Shown here one piece after another: positions 37,812-49,379 of a stretch of DNA of 64,000 bases. The position numbers and the translations under genes are program-made. This DNA is from Lingula anatina (Eukaryota > Animalia > Brachiopoda). The notes under the pieces were generated by a model. The model was not told the DNA's origin, made no database searches, and saw nothing but the letters and a program-made list of their open reading frames with translations. The DNA lies in NCBI GenBank assembly GCA_051362555.1, contig CM120642.1:2542001-2606000 (forward strand), read 5' to 3'. Positions within the stretch are counted from its first letter, which is position 1; each line of letters starts with the position of its first letter.

Positions 37812-38529
37812 TAAAAGTCGTTGCCAAAATCAAAGACCGACGTGATATTTGTAGAAAGTAATCTAGGTAACCAAAGGATTCTGAAAATAGACCTTAAACT
37901 GCTACATAACATTGCATGTGTATTCTGCGGTATATTTAAAAGGGCCATTACTGAGTTTTGATTAAAAAATGCAAAAAAAAATGCAATTAACAGATTATCA
38001 TTATGCTACCTTGTTCCAGAAAAGACTTCTGTACTTTTCAAGACTATATTTCTTTTTATTATGGTATCAGCCGCTTGGACGGGTTACATGCATTGGTTTG
38101 ATGTCCCCTTTGTAAGGCAGTATTTGAGTGTATATCTTGTAAGGATGTAAAAGCCTGTGGAGTACAAACGGGGGCCATCTTCAAAGTCGATGGAGGCATT
38201 TAACCGTTCTTTTTGAAGCTAGAACAAAATGTATCACTGTTTAAGATGATTTATATAATGTTTTATATAGAATGGTTTCCATAGCACTTCTGCAGTTGTG
38301 GTTTTTCAGCTTGTTTAATGGTGATCATTTACAATTTAAGTTACGATTCTTAATCAAAACGAATCCAGGTGTTAAGGAATTGATAAATAAAGAGGAATGG
38401 TTTGTTTTCAGTAATTCAAACTAATTTGTGCCATATTATGTATTTACGTCTATTTATGGCAAATATAATTAAAACTATATCTTATCATATAGTTATCGTG
38501 GAAAAAGACAATTAAACAGTACCTGTACG

Positions 38530-39480
38530 GCGGTAAAGAAAGTGATAAAATAAAGGATGGGAAGGCAGCTGGACCAGATGAACTGCCAAAGGAAGCATGT
38601 AAAGCCTTGATGAGGATTATATTGATATAATATCCAATTTGTGCAACACCATCTACAATGGTGGTGTAATCCCAGCCAAACTTGAGCACTCAATATTTGT
38701 AATTCTTCCGGAGACACTTAAAGTACAGTATTGTACTGAATTTAGAACAATAAGTCTAATGAGTCATATTACAAAAGTTATTATTGAAAGTAGAACAGCA
38801 GAGAATAGCAGACAAAATTGACCAAGAAGTAAGCCAATCACAGAATGGTTTTCGACCATGAACAAGAGAAGGTTTATTCAATCTAAGAACCATCTGTAAA
38901 AGGGTATCTGAAAAATTTACTTTATTGAGTATAATAAAGCGTTTGATCGAGTTAAGCATTCAAAGATAATAGAATGGTTATCTGACATGTGCATACAGGG
39001 GGTAGATAATAAAGACCTTCAAACCATAATCATCTTTTTGTGAACAGACCGCAACAATAAGACCTGTGTATGGAGTAGCAACTGAATTCAATGTAAAGAA
39101 AGGTGCAGGGTTGTGTTCTATGACCAAATTAATTCACTTGTATACTGAAGAAATTCAGAGAAGCCAAAGATATGAAAAGTGTGATTATAGGAGGAATCAA
39201 TATAAATAATCTGATTTAAGCAGATAATACAGTTTTTTTAAAGAAACTAATTCAGACTTACAAGAGTAAGCAACATGGGTCAATGAAAAAGAGAAAGAAA
39301 AGATAATTTGCAGCGGTTGCTGTGGAAGGAATGTTAAAGGAGAAACGTGAGAAAGTAAAACCAAGGACGTGGATTAATACATAAAAGAATGGACCAATCA
39401 AAAATACTGTGAAAGTATACGAACGGTAAAAGATCGAGAGGAAAAAGCAAGCAATGACAGTCAAGCTTTCAACTGGACAG
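38530..39480 (+). mobile_element. Decayed RTE-clade LINE reverse-transcriptase fragment
   Basis: Across frameshifts it reads KIKDGKAAGPDELP, IYNGGVIP..LEHSIFVILP, CTEFRTISLMSHITKV, SQNGFRP, TREGLFNLRTI, YNKAFDRVKH and IGGININNL. Confidence 0.8.
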
Positions 39481-39482
39481 AC

Positions 39483-39575
39483 TTATAGCCCTTGAAGGGG
39501 CATGCCGCCAGTCGCGGCCTACAGGAAATAATTGCAGTACGCGGTAGACACACATGCTAATCAGGTGATTGAATG
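39483..39575 (+). mobile_element. Short Tc1 transposase C-terminal relic
   Basis: ...CTACAGGAAATAATTGCAGTACGCGGTAGACAC is nearly identical to 41237-41270 (LQ.IIAVR.RH), the Tc1 C-terminal AVI..RGGHTRY motif. Confidence 0.55.
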
Positions 39576-40489
39576 GAAAATGTGTAAATATCACAAGGAC
39601 TTGTAAGTCAAAACTGTCTATTTTTAATTTCGTGACCAGATGAGAAGGAAATAACGGCACGACATGTGTCAATTTTGAAGCTTCTGACTTCCTCAATAGA
39701 TTTGACTTAATTGACGCTAAATCTAAGTAAGCGTGTCTATTTTGCAGAGATGTTTGTGTGGCTGGGTCGAGGGGGGGCAGTATCAATGTCCATCACTGAA
39801 AAAAAAATTGTTGAAGTATATCTGATTCTAACAGACATCCTTTCTAAACATAGAAAAGTCTAACATGTCATTCGATAATAATGAGTTGTATAGAATAACG
39901 CTAAAAATAATGTACGTTTGTGACCACAATTTGTGTCCACCACCTATTACAAACACAATACTGGAACAAAGTGAGCAATTGCCTCATCCTCAGAACATTG
40001 CTTTTCTGCAACAAATCCCTCACTATACGGTCACGGTCACTGTCACGGTCACTGTCACGGTCAGTGATCCCAAAGGCTTCCGAACTTTGTCAATCATCAC
40101 TGGAATCAACTGGTTTTGCTGACGATTCAAAATTTTTCTTGAACTCCATCTATGGTAAAATTAGAGCTAGAATTCATGTCGCAGAATGTCTCTTGGAGGA
40201 GACTGTGCACCAATTTACTGCAATGTTGAGATTGTTCTTTTAAGTATTAATTAAAATTCGTATTTTAAAAGGAACATAAAAATCGAAAGACTAATTCATT
40301 AAAATGTTTCGTTTTGACCACTGGTACTTGAAATCAACTTAGGTAAGATTTTAAATATTAATAACTAACTTATTTAATTAAAACTTGCAATTTAAAAAAA
40401 GACAGTAATTTATGTCATATTTGTTAAATGCTATATTGTTTAATGCAGAAAAGTTATGCTTTTATGTAAGGCAGAATAATAACTGAATT

Positions 40490-41553
40490 GCCCTCACGTC
40501 TGTTGATAAATCTCAGGGTTGAAAATCACACGGCATGTGAAAATATCACACGCCGTTATAATTTATTTAGTAATATGTCGAAGCCATATCATTACGTAAG
40601 TTATAACGGCGGTGCCATAAAAAGACGCCACGTTAAGCTGATGGTATATGCTGATGGTATATGCACGTAAATTGCAACAGTTTATCACCTGAACGTTAGT
40701 GGCCCCGTGTTTGTTTACCCCGTTCCCAAATTCATGTCTTTCAACTGAGCACCAATATAGATAATTATTGATAATAACAAATGCCCATCTTATATATACA
40801 TGTATGTAATAAATTGAAGTCTTGTCTTCACATTTTATATTATGTCATATTACATGGAATAACATACATAGTCCCAGGTCCCACTAAGGGCCCGCCATTT
40901 TAATACTTGTCGGAGGAAATTCCTGAAACTGGTATCGCACTCCATTCGAAACAGGTGACTTCAAAGATAGCTAGAGGCACCATCGTGACAACACGCTCAC
41001 AAGTCTCGTCTGGTGAGTGATATGTTGCAGAAACGCAATGTTCTGAGGATGGAAATACCTTTGAGCCTTGAAACTGACCTTGTTGAACACCTGCGTCATA
41101 TATTACAGTTTGCAATGCAGAGGCTATTCAACCCCTTACATTCTGTACCAATGCTGCCTGACCTTTCCGGACTTCTGCACAAATGGGACAATTTTCCACA
41201 AACTATTCTTGCCCTTGTGAAGGAATGTCGCGCCGCCTACAGGATATAATTGCAGTACGCTGTAGACACAAACGCTATTAGACACGTTTCCCTTAACGAG
41301 CACATCCTGTTGCTAATTGTGTGTACATTTGGTGACATTTGTTGGTGTATGTTTGATTTTATGGATTTTTTATCTCTGTGGAAATCACTGTGGAACATGA
41401 GATTTCTGAGCTATGAGGGGGGGTTTAAGACTTCGACTGCATCTGGAATATAAAAAAAAAACACTGTTCGAAATGCTTTAGCAATGTGAGGTGATCATTT
41501 GTAAACAAAAGCACATGCGATTGGAGGTTGAACAACCTTTTTGACCAAGAGTG
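40490..41553 (+). mobile_element. Decayed Tc1-like transposon (3' half with right TIR)
   Basis: Remnants include HRDN (QxDN), MEIP...DLVEHL (WPxxSPDLNPIEHLW), W.NFPQ and GMSRRLQDIIAVRCRHKRY*. It ends CTTTTTGACCAAGAGTG|TA. Confidence 0.65.
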
Positions 41554-43531
41554 TATATATAATTTTTTTTTCAATTTTATTCCAGGCGCATTGCTGTGTA
41601 CCTACATTAGATACATAATTAATCAATACATCTTTTCTACTCATAATGGTATTTTACAACAGAATATTGCATCTGCGATTTCAAAAGGTTCAAAATAAGG
41701 CACATTTTATCGTTTGCCGGTTCTTTAATGTTTTATAATAAATGCATGCATGCTCCACTTTCAAATAATATCTGGATCTTTTTTGCAATCACAAATCCAT
41801 CTGGTTATCATTTATAAATTTGGTACATTATCGGCAATTTATTGGGAAAACATATATCATGATTAAAGAAATATGATTAAACATGAATAGCAGTGTCCAT
41901 CCAAAGGTAATGTTGCGCCATTCAGAATTTAATCACAGAGTTCGTATCTCGGGTAGCTTCTGCGAAACTGGATGACGTCACCTATTCCACTAGGTACTGG
42001 CCCAGCCAGTATTCTGCAGTTTGTTGGTGAATCTCTGGCCGAAATAAACCCATCCCTAGGCACAAACTCGAGGCGAGGCACCTCATCTCAGTTTACTGCA
42101 CATAAATATCAAGACAACAACCACTTTCTAGGCGAGAAACCTATGAAGCTATGGTCCTCATCCATTGATCCATCTTGTGCACTGCATTGGGAGCGCTCTC
42201 CAAACACTGCACGCCAGGTGCCCGGCTCTGAATTGTGTGTGTTTGATGAAATGAATTTAAATACAACACTTTTGCTGAATCATTTCGATCATCACATGCA
42301 ATCCACTTGTGAATGATTGTAACTTTTGTATGTCGAGAAGGCTTAATTATAGTGTTGAATTACGTACCACCAGTTAAGTGATAGGCCCTACATGTACCAT
42401 TAGCATTTCTCAGGGGATTTTGTCTACTTTTGTAGCGTGCAACTGAAATTGACATTGTTTATTTATGAAACTAGAAAAGATTCAGGACAACACCAAAATC
42501 AGTGAAAGGGAACAGCCCTCAGCCCAACAGAAATCACTATCATCATTAATGGGGTTGTCTACAATGTGACAGAGATTCCGGGTGAGACGAACAGGTAAAC
42601 AGGAGGGCGTTTACAAGTTCATCTGATGCAACTGAAGTTAATTAAGGCTTTGGAAAAACAAGCGGGTTGTTAACAACTCGCTCTTCAGTATATGAAGGTA
42701 AAAAAGCTAATAAAAAAAGCAGGATGGTTGAAGAAGAAAACGTGCCTGTAGGAGCCACAAGTTAAAGTTCATATATGAAATTAAGTATTTAGATTCAGTT
42801 ATTTTATAGTATTTTTAATTCTATTTATTTATTGATGTGTATTTTCAAAAACGTGTATGTCAAGTGTAGGCCTACATGTAAATAAATTCAATCAAGTAGA
42901 ACAACGTGTAGATTATACGGAGGTAAGTTTAATTTTGTATCGCAGATGTGGGACATCAGTTGAACGAACCAGATTTTTTTCTTTTTTGAAATCATGTTAT
43001 CTGTAGAATAACATATTTTCTGTATTACCCCTCACGTTGGTTTTCTGCCCAATCCAAGAACATGGAACACGTACATCGTACATGAATTTTCTTCATGATG
43101 ACTGAGGCTGCACTACAAGTAAAAGGTTTGTGCCCCTTTTCTGTATATTAGAAAATATTTGCAATATTTATCAGTCATATTGCTGCGTAGCCTCTGTCAG
43201 GCATGCAAACACCCGTATCAGGTATAACTCAGCTACTTCATTCTGGTCTTTAAATAATAAATAACTTTCAATTTGCCACGTTACTATATTTGACCTCTTT
43301 ATTCGGAGAACCTGTAGTACAAAATAGTAGCAGATAATGGAAAAAGATCATCTGAGAGCATTATGGACCGCGTTAGAGGTATGTCATAATTGATGTCGTT
43401 GTTTATTCAGTTATTATCTTTGCCTGTGTTCAGCCGGAAGGATGACTACTGTAGAGGCAGCTTGCTGACAGGGTTTGTCATACAGTTAATTCTCTTTGAG
43501 ACCTGTTAAATATACCGGTATCATGTTGATC

Positions 43532-43535
<4 letters not shown>

Positions 43536-43575
<40 letters not shown>

Positions 43576-43620
43576 AAAATAGGCCACAAATGTGATTGGG
43601 GATCACGTTATCATTCGTTC

Positions 43621-43657
<37 letters not shown>

Positions 43658-43780
43658 AGAGAGAGTGCACGAGTATGTGTGTGTGTGTGTGTGAGAGAGA
43701 GAGTTTGCGTGCGTGCCTGTGTGTGTACACGTGTGTGTGTGCCTGTGTGCGTGCGTGTGTGTGAGAGATAGAGAGAGAGA
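43536..43780. repeat. Compound (TG)n/(AG)n microsatellite
   Basis: Alternating TG and AG runs. Confidence 0.9.
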
Positions 43781-45201
43781 GGTGGAGAGCTAGATTAACC
43801 ATGTGTTGTCTCAAGATTATCATCAGTGAGATAGATAAAAATATGGCAGGAGTGTCCATTGCTGTTAATTTTGGTGTAGTGAAAATGACGCTTGGAAATG
43901 GACGTCAGAATTTCGAAATACACTGGAGAGGATATTATGTTGTATCGATCCTTACACTGGAAGGACATTTAATCCCCACCCCAACCCCCAGCCTTTATTC
44001 ACCCAGGTTCATGTTATGTTATAAATATCGGGGAGTGATCGTAGAGTAACAACCAGTCCAGGTTGATTCAAGTGGTACTTATATACCTACGCCTGTCGCT
44101 CAAAGATGGCATTGGTAGTTTATGAATAGTCTCACCTGTTAACATTTAAGTATTGTTTAATATTTTCTGTCTGTTTGAAGATGAATGGCCGTCTGTAAGA
44201 ACGCGCATATAGCTACCGGTATACACGAAAGCCCCCCTCCCCCCACCCATATTAATATAATTTGCTGTTTAAGAATCAGGCATCTTGATGCCTTCCAAGG
44301 TTCCTGAAAGTGATGGTTGACTGGCTCATGTCTAATTCATTAATGTAGAACGTTGCTTACGTGTTGTCAGACATCTGTAATCTTGCTCGCCCGTCTCCTT
44401 TGCGAATTGACGCTTGGGAATGACCGAAACAAATCATTTAACTAAAATGGTTTTATTAGCTTGTTATTATCTTCTCGTATCCCGAGTTGCCCATGCATAC
44501 ATGTAGATTGTTTCGTTTATGTTCTGTTATATGCGTATATTTCTGTCTTATTCATGCCTCAGTGTTGTGTGTTCGTAGTTAAGATGATGTTGGATGAAAC
44601 CGTCATGTACAACTTTGTCTAATACTTTTAACTTTAACCGTGCTTTATTAAATAACCATTAAAACACGAATAATTAACAAAGAATATTCCAGTTTCGCAG
44701 AATAGTCAAATTCTCTTCCACTAAATCATACGGCTGAATGATTTACGTTCCATTTACTTACGGGTGCTTGATGTACTTACCCAATTACTCGACCAGCAGA
44801 GTATGTGAATATTTCATAACATATATGTCAGTAATTCATGAAGAAAATTATTGTGTTCAGTCGTACAGGTACAATGTATGATTTGTACCGAGTTTGTGTT
44901 CCATTTGTCATATTCCTGGTGTACTATTTCTAAAAAAAATAAAATATAATAAAATAAAATATGACGTGAGGGTGAATTTTAAAAGAGCGCAAATGTATTA
45001 TGAGACATAAGCCTGTTATCAAATGTTCGTTTTAAACGAGCTTTATTCTAGCGACCTTAAAATTTTTCATACAGGTCCCTTCTGCCTTTCCTGCTGTGTG
45101 TCCTTAGTTAAAAGATATAAGAAAAAGTTTGGTTTGTGATTCGATTGTAACAGTTCAACCTGGCATTAAAAGTAAACCAATTTTTGCTCTAGATACCACG
45201 C

Positions 45202-46944
45202 ATGCGCTGTCTTATGCGGTACAGATGGTCCACCATCGTCTTCATTTTCTTCTTCACGACAGCGCTCACGATCTTCATGCACCAAGTCAGTATGATGAAC
45301 CAAATGATGCACAGAATAGAATACTTAGAGGCTGAAAGAGCAAGCCTCCTGGAGCGCCAGGCAGCCGAGAACGACGATTACAACGTTGAACCGGAAGAGC
45401 CCCTCACGCAGCCGCCCCCAAAGGATGGAGTTGACATGGACGCCGGCCACCAAGAATCCCCGCTGGGTGCAGTCAACCAAGGCGACCCTGCAGGAGTGCC
45501 AGTAATGGGGGATGAGGGCCAGCGACAGTCAGAGGGCCAAGTCAACCCGGTCTACCAGCCTCCCCAACCCGAGCTTCGAATCCCGCCAATCGAGGGTGCG
45601 AATCCTGACCACTTCATCATGGGGCCAGACCAACAGCATGTGCTGGGACCCGTGCAGCAGCTGCCGAATTATCCCCTACCCCAGGGTCAGGTCCAGTACC
45701 CCCAGGGGCCGGGGCATCCCCAAGGAGTAATGCCTCCGGTGCTGTATCAACCTCAGCCAGTGCCGGGAATGATACCACAGCCGTACCAACAACAGCAACA
45801 ACTGTCACCGCAGCAGCAATTGTTACTACAGCAACAACACCAACAACAGCAACAGCTTGCACAACAACAACAACAGTTTGGGCAACAACAGCACCAGCCG
45901 ATGCTACAGCATCCGCACGTGATGCAACCGCAGGTTCCACAACATGTTTATCAGCAACCGCAACAGCAACAACAGCAGCAGCAGCCAGTGTATCAGCAAC
46001 AACAACAAGCACCTGTCCAGACCTCCGCAACTTCACAAATTACTGCCAAGCAGGCAGAGTTCAGCAATAGAGAATATGCACGCTTTATGGAGATGATGAA
46101 AAAATGGCCGAGCGACAAACCCAAAGCTACTATCTTTTATCTCCTCTACACGCAGCGCATAAGTAGATTCCGTGGTGCAATACAGAGTGTCGATAAATTT
46201 TTCAATAATCGCTTCCAGTATCCCATTGTGTTGTTTCATGAGCCCGATCTGTTAGAAAGTCATAAGCAAGCCATTAAATCATGGACGACGTCAAATGTAT
46301 TTTTCCAAATCGTGGAGTTTATCATACCGGAGTGGATCAGAATGCCAGCAGAGGACTGGTTGCACACGTGTGGGTTTGCCAGAATGGGGTACCGCCACAT
46401 GTGTAGATTTCAAAGCGTTCTCGTCTCCCAGCAACCAATTTTACAACCAATAGAGTGGTATTGGCGCCTTGATGATGACTCTGAACTCCTAAGTGACGTC
46501 ACGTATGATGTATTTAAGTTCATGCAGGATCGTGATCTGACTTATGCATACATCAGGCTCATATTTGACGTCATACCGGACTGTATAGCTGGTCTGAGAG
46601 GAAATACTACAAAGTATGTCCAAGAACAAAAACTAACACCAACATTCCTTGAGCGCTTGCCAGAAAACTTGGGTCTGTATAACAACTTTGAGTTATCGCG
46701 GTTCAGTTTTTGGCGTCGCCCGGATGTGAAGGCGTACCTAAATTATATCGATCACGCTGGCGGTATATTTTACAACCGCTGGGGAGACGCTCCTATCAAA
46801 ACTACGGCTCTTGCTATATTTGAAAACCTAGACAAGATTTTTCAGCTCACCAACGTGCAGTATCATCACAAGAAGTTCAGTACGGAAGAGGACAATGTGC
46901 GACTGAGGCCGATTGAATCTTACTTGAAACCGAAAGTTCAGTGA
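45202..46944 (+). CDS. GT15 (KRE2/MNT1-like) glycosyltransferase, copy 3, with a long Q/P-rich stem; single coding exon
   Basis: 580 aa. TM segment WSTIVFIFFFTTALTIFM, then a coiled-coil-like stretch and a ~220-aa P/Q-rich region. The catalytic part has YPIVLFHE, GYRHMCRF, WYWRLDDDS, YNNFEL and GGIFYNRWGDAP. Acceptor TTTTGCTCTAG lies just upstream of the ATG. Confidence 0.9.
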   Translation: MRCLMRYRWSTIVFIFFFTTALTIFMHQVSMMNQMMHRIEYLEAERASLLERQAAENDDYNVEPEEPLTQPPPKDGVDMDAGHQESPLGAVNQGDPAGVPVMGDEGQRQSEGQVNPVYQPPQPELRIPPIEGANPDHFIMGPDQQHVLGPVQQLPNYPLPQGQVQYPQGPGHPQGVMPPVLYQPQPVPGMIPQPYQQQQQLSPQQQLLLQQQHQQQQQLAQQQQQFGQQQHQPMLQHPHVMQPQVPQHVYQQPQQQQQQQQPVYQQQQQAPVQTSATSQITAKQAEFSNREYARFMEMMKKWPSDKPKATIFYLLYTQRISRFRGAIQSVDKFFNNRFQYPIVLFHEPDLLESHKQAIKSWTTSNVFFQIVEFIIPEWIRMPAEDWLHTCGFARMGYRHMCRFQSVLVSQQPILQPIEWYWRLDDDSELLSDVTYDVFKFMQDRDLTYAYIRLIFDVIPDCIAGLRGNTTKYVQEQKLTPTFLERLPENLGLYNNFELSRFSFWRRPDVKAYLNYIDHAGGIFYNRWGDAPIKTTALAIFENLDKIFQLTNVQYHHKKFSTEEDNVRLRPIESYLKPKVQ

Positions 46945-47439
46945 AGAATATGGTTTTCACATTGAACTTAAATACAGATTTAAACATTACTTGTAATACG
47001 ACACGCATGTAGTTAGTGTTTTTAATTGTCAGTGAGAATAAATGGATTAAAATAATACAAACGGTAACAATGCAAATGGGATTTTACTTTGTGTAACTAC
47101 TAGTATTCATGATCTTGGAAAATTCAGATGTATTTTAATTTTTTTTTCCTTTTTTAACTTAACCTTTACAAAGTAATTATATATTGTGTTATTTAAAATA
47201 CCCCCACCCAGATACATTGTATTTCAACGGTTTTTAAAAATTTGAAATGCAAAATATATGAAAACGTTAGGCGTTGATTAGTCCGAAATTAAGAAAACGT
47301 ATGCACACGTTCAACTGAATCACCAAAGAAAATCTAGATCGGTTTTGAGTTAAAAACAAAGCAAAAATATCAAATTGATTCGTCGTTTTTAATACGTTTC
47401 GGTAGATCATTAAATTTTACAGGTTTATCCGTCTTTCTA

Positions 47440-47484
<45 letters not shown>

Positions 47485-49379
47485 TCCTTCCTCCCTCCCT
47501 ATTCAGCTCGTGCGGTCCATTTTGATTTCGACAAATTAATATCTGTAAAAGTAACAGGGTATTAGATTTGACGTGTTAGATTTAGCGCCGAATGGGTCAA
47601 GTCAAATTTTATGTGTTTTTCTTCGTTTGAGCTTTCTTTCAAGATCTACCAGTACTGATGAGAGGAAAGCCCAATAGTGGTGTTACATATCGATCTTCAA
47701 CCCTAGCAGGCCTTATTTGAGATTCCCTCCGGCATTTGAACCCGCACTGGTCCACAAATTTATCAAAGCATTCTCTGGAGACTGTTGTGCATGGGGCTTT
47801 CCTTTCATCTGCGTTTTTAGCGGTTTTCCCATCGACGAAGGTTGATTGCGTGAAATGTGACATAATAAGTCCATTTCTCAATTTTTTTACCTGCGGCGCA
47901 GTCAACCAGGACAATGGGTCGCAGATTTAATCTTCTTCTAACATTCTGCAAACAGAGGCCAATCCGCCACTGGTTGTATTAGACCCGGACCATAAGCTTG
48001 ATACTTGTATTTCTAACTATGTATTTCTATTGTTTTTAATGTGCGTCGTGAACAAAATTGTGATAAAATGTGATGAGGGCATTGAGTACTATTTCCAATC
48101 TTTCTTTCAACATATACAGCTTCCGGTGTCGAGATTGAGAATTAATAATCGTCCATTCATTGTCGATTTTAATTCTAAAAAGACCCCAACCAGAAAATCG
48201 TAGTAGCTCTTCGAACTCACATTTCATTTAATAATTATTGAAATTATCAGCGCTCCTCGATGATTTCAGTCCCTTGTGAAATATCTCCCCCGCCCAACAA
48301 ATACGTGTATCGATTTGATGTAATGCATGAAACGGCGATTTGTATTGGCTGCTAGGACTTGTTTAGGGATTTTGTGGCTATTTATCTGTACATGCACCTG
48401 AAATAGTTATGAAAGTAACCAGATTATATAGAAATAAACATCAAACGTGCGACCTCATCAACAAAAATGTTTAATACAAAACAAAGAAAAAAGAAAACAT
48501 GATCCTTTTCATCTCACGAAAACGTCTCCATTTTAACTCTTAATAGGAAGACTTCCACTTGGACAAAGTTTTACTAGCTGATGGTCTTTTATGTGATAAA
48601 ATATATACATATTCCAAATTACCACGTGCTTCTTGGCGTCAAGTCTGCTTTTCAGTTATTATCCTTGCAATAAAACAGGGCATAATGGCATACCACTAAA
48701 TGGTATCGAGAGTTGAAAGATTCCATTGCACCATTAATAATCGAACTGTCTCACGAGACATCCTCCCGCCATTCCCGCCATTGTACGGCGATACTAGGGC
48801 ATCAAAATAATGGCGCTGCTGCGAAACGTTTTCAATGTTATCTAGCGCACGACTTCGTAGCTCTTGAGTGAAAACCTCGATAGCCTTCATGATCTCTTTG
48901 AGCGCTTGAAATTTATCTCACAACTTTTGGAAAACACGAATAACAACGCTCAATACCATCTTTTATAAGCCAATACCAAGTCAAGTAAATTTCCATTGCT
49001 ATATTTTGTGGAATAGACACACCTAAAGCTACAATATGGACGAACAATGACGACCGCAAATAATAACTTTGTTTTTAATCAGTTTTTATGTATTTCAGGT
49101 ACATATAATACATACAAATTTTGTAAAGAAAATGTATCCTCTTCTAAGATGATTTTTAAAGCCAGGTACAGCACTCAATAGATTAAATGAGTAAAAACAA
49201 CAACTCTGCCTTGCCATCAATTTTGTTCCTTTTATCAGATAGCTAACACTCATCAAATGTAATTGTTCCATTGTAAAGTATCCTTATTACAGAATTAGCT
49301 TCACATTTCAATTTCCCGCCTCACATTTCGAACAACAGTTATCCATCAGGTTTTTTATGTTTTCCCACATCAGTTTCAC

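Noticed and set aside
45617-46239. Val/Ala-rich minus-strand ORFs
   Set aside because: They are antisense readings of the CAA/CAG tract and adjacent coding sequence of GT15 copy 3.
29293-46944. GT15 genes as fungal contamination
   Set aside because: They are interleaved with metazoan transposons and microsatellites, carry host-like acceptors, and are contiguous with SH3D19 and TEP.
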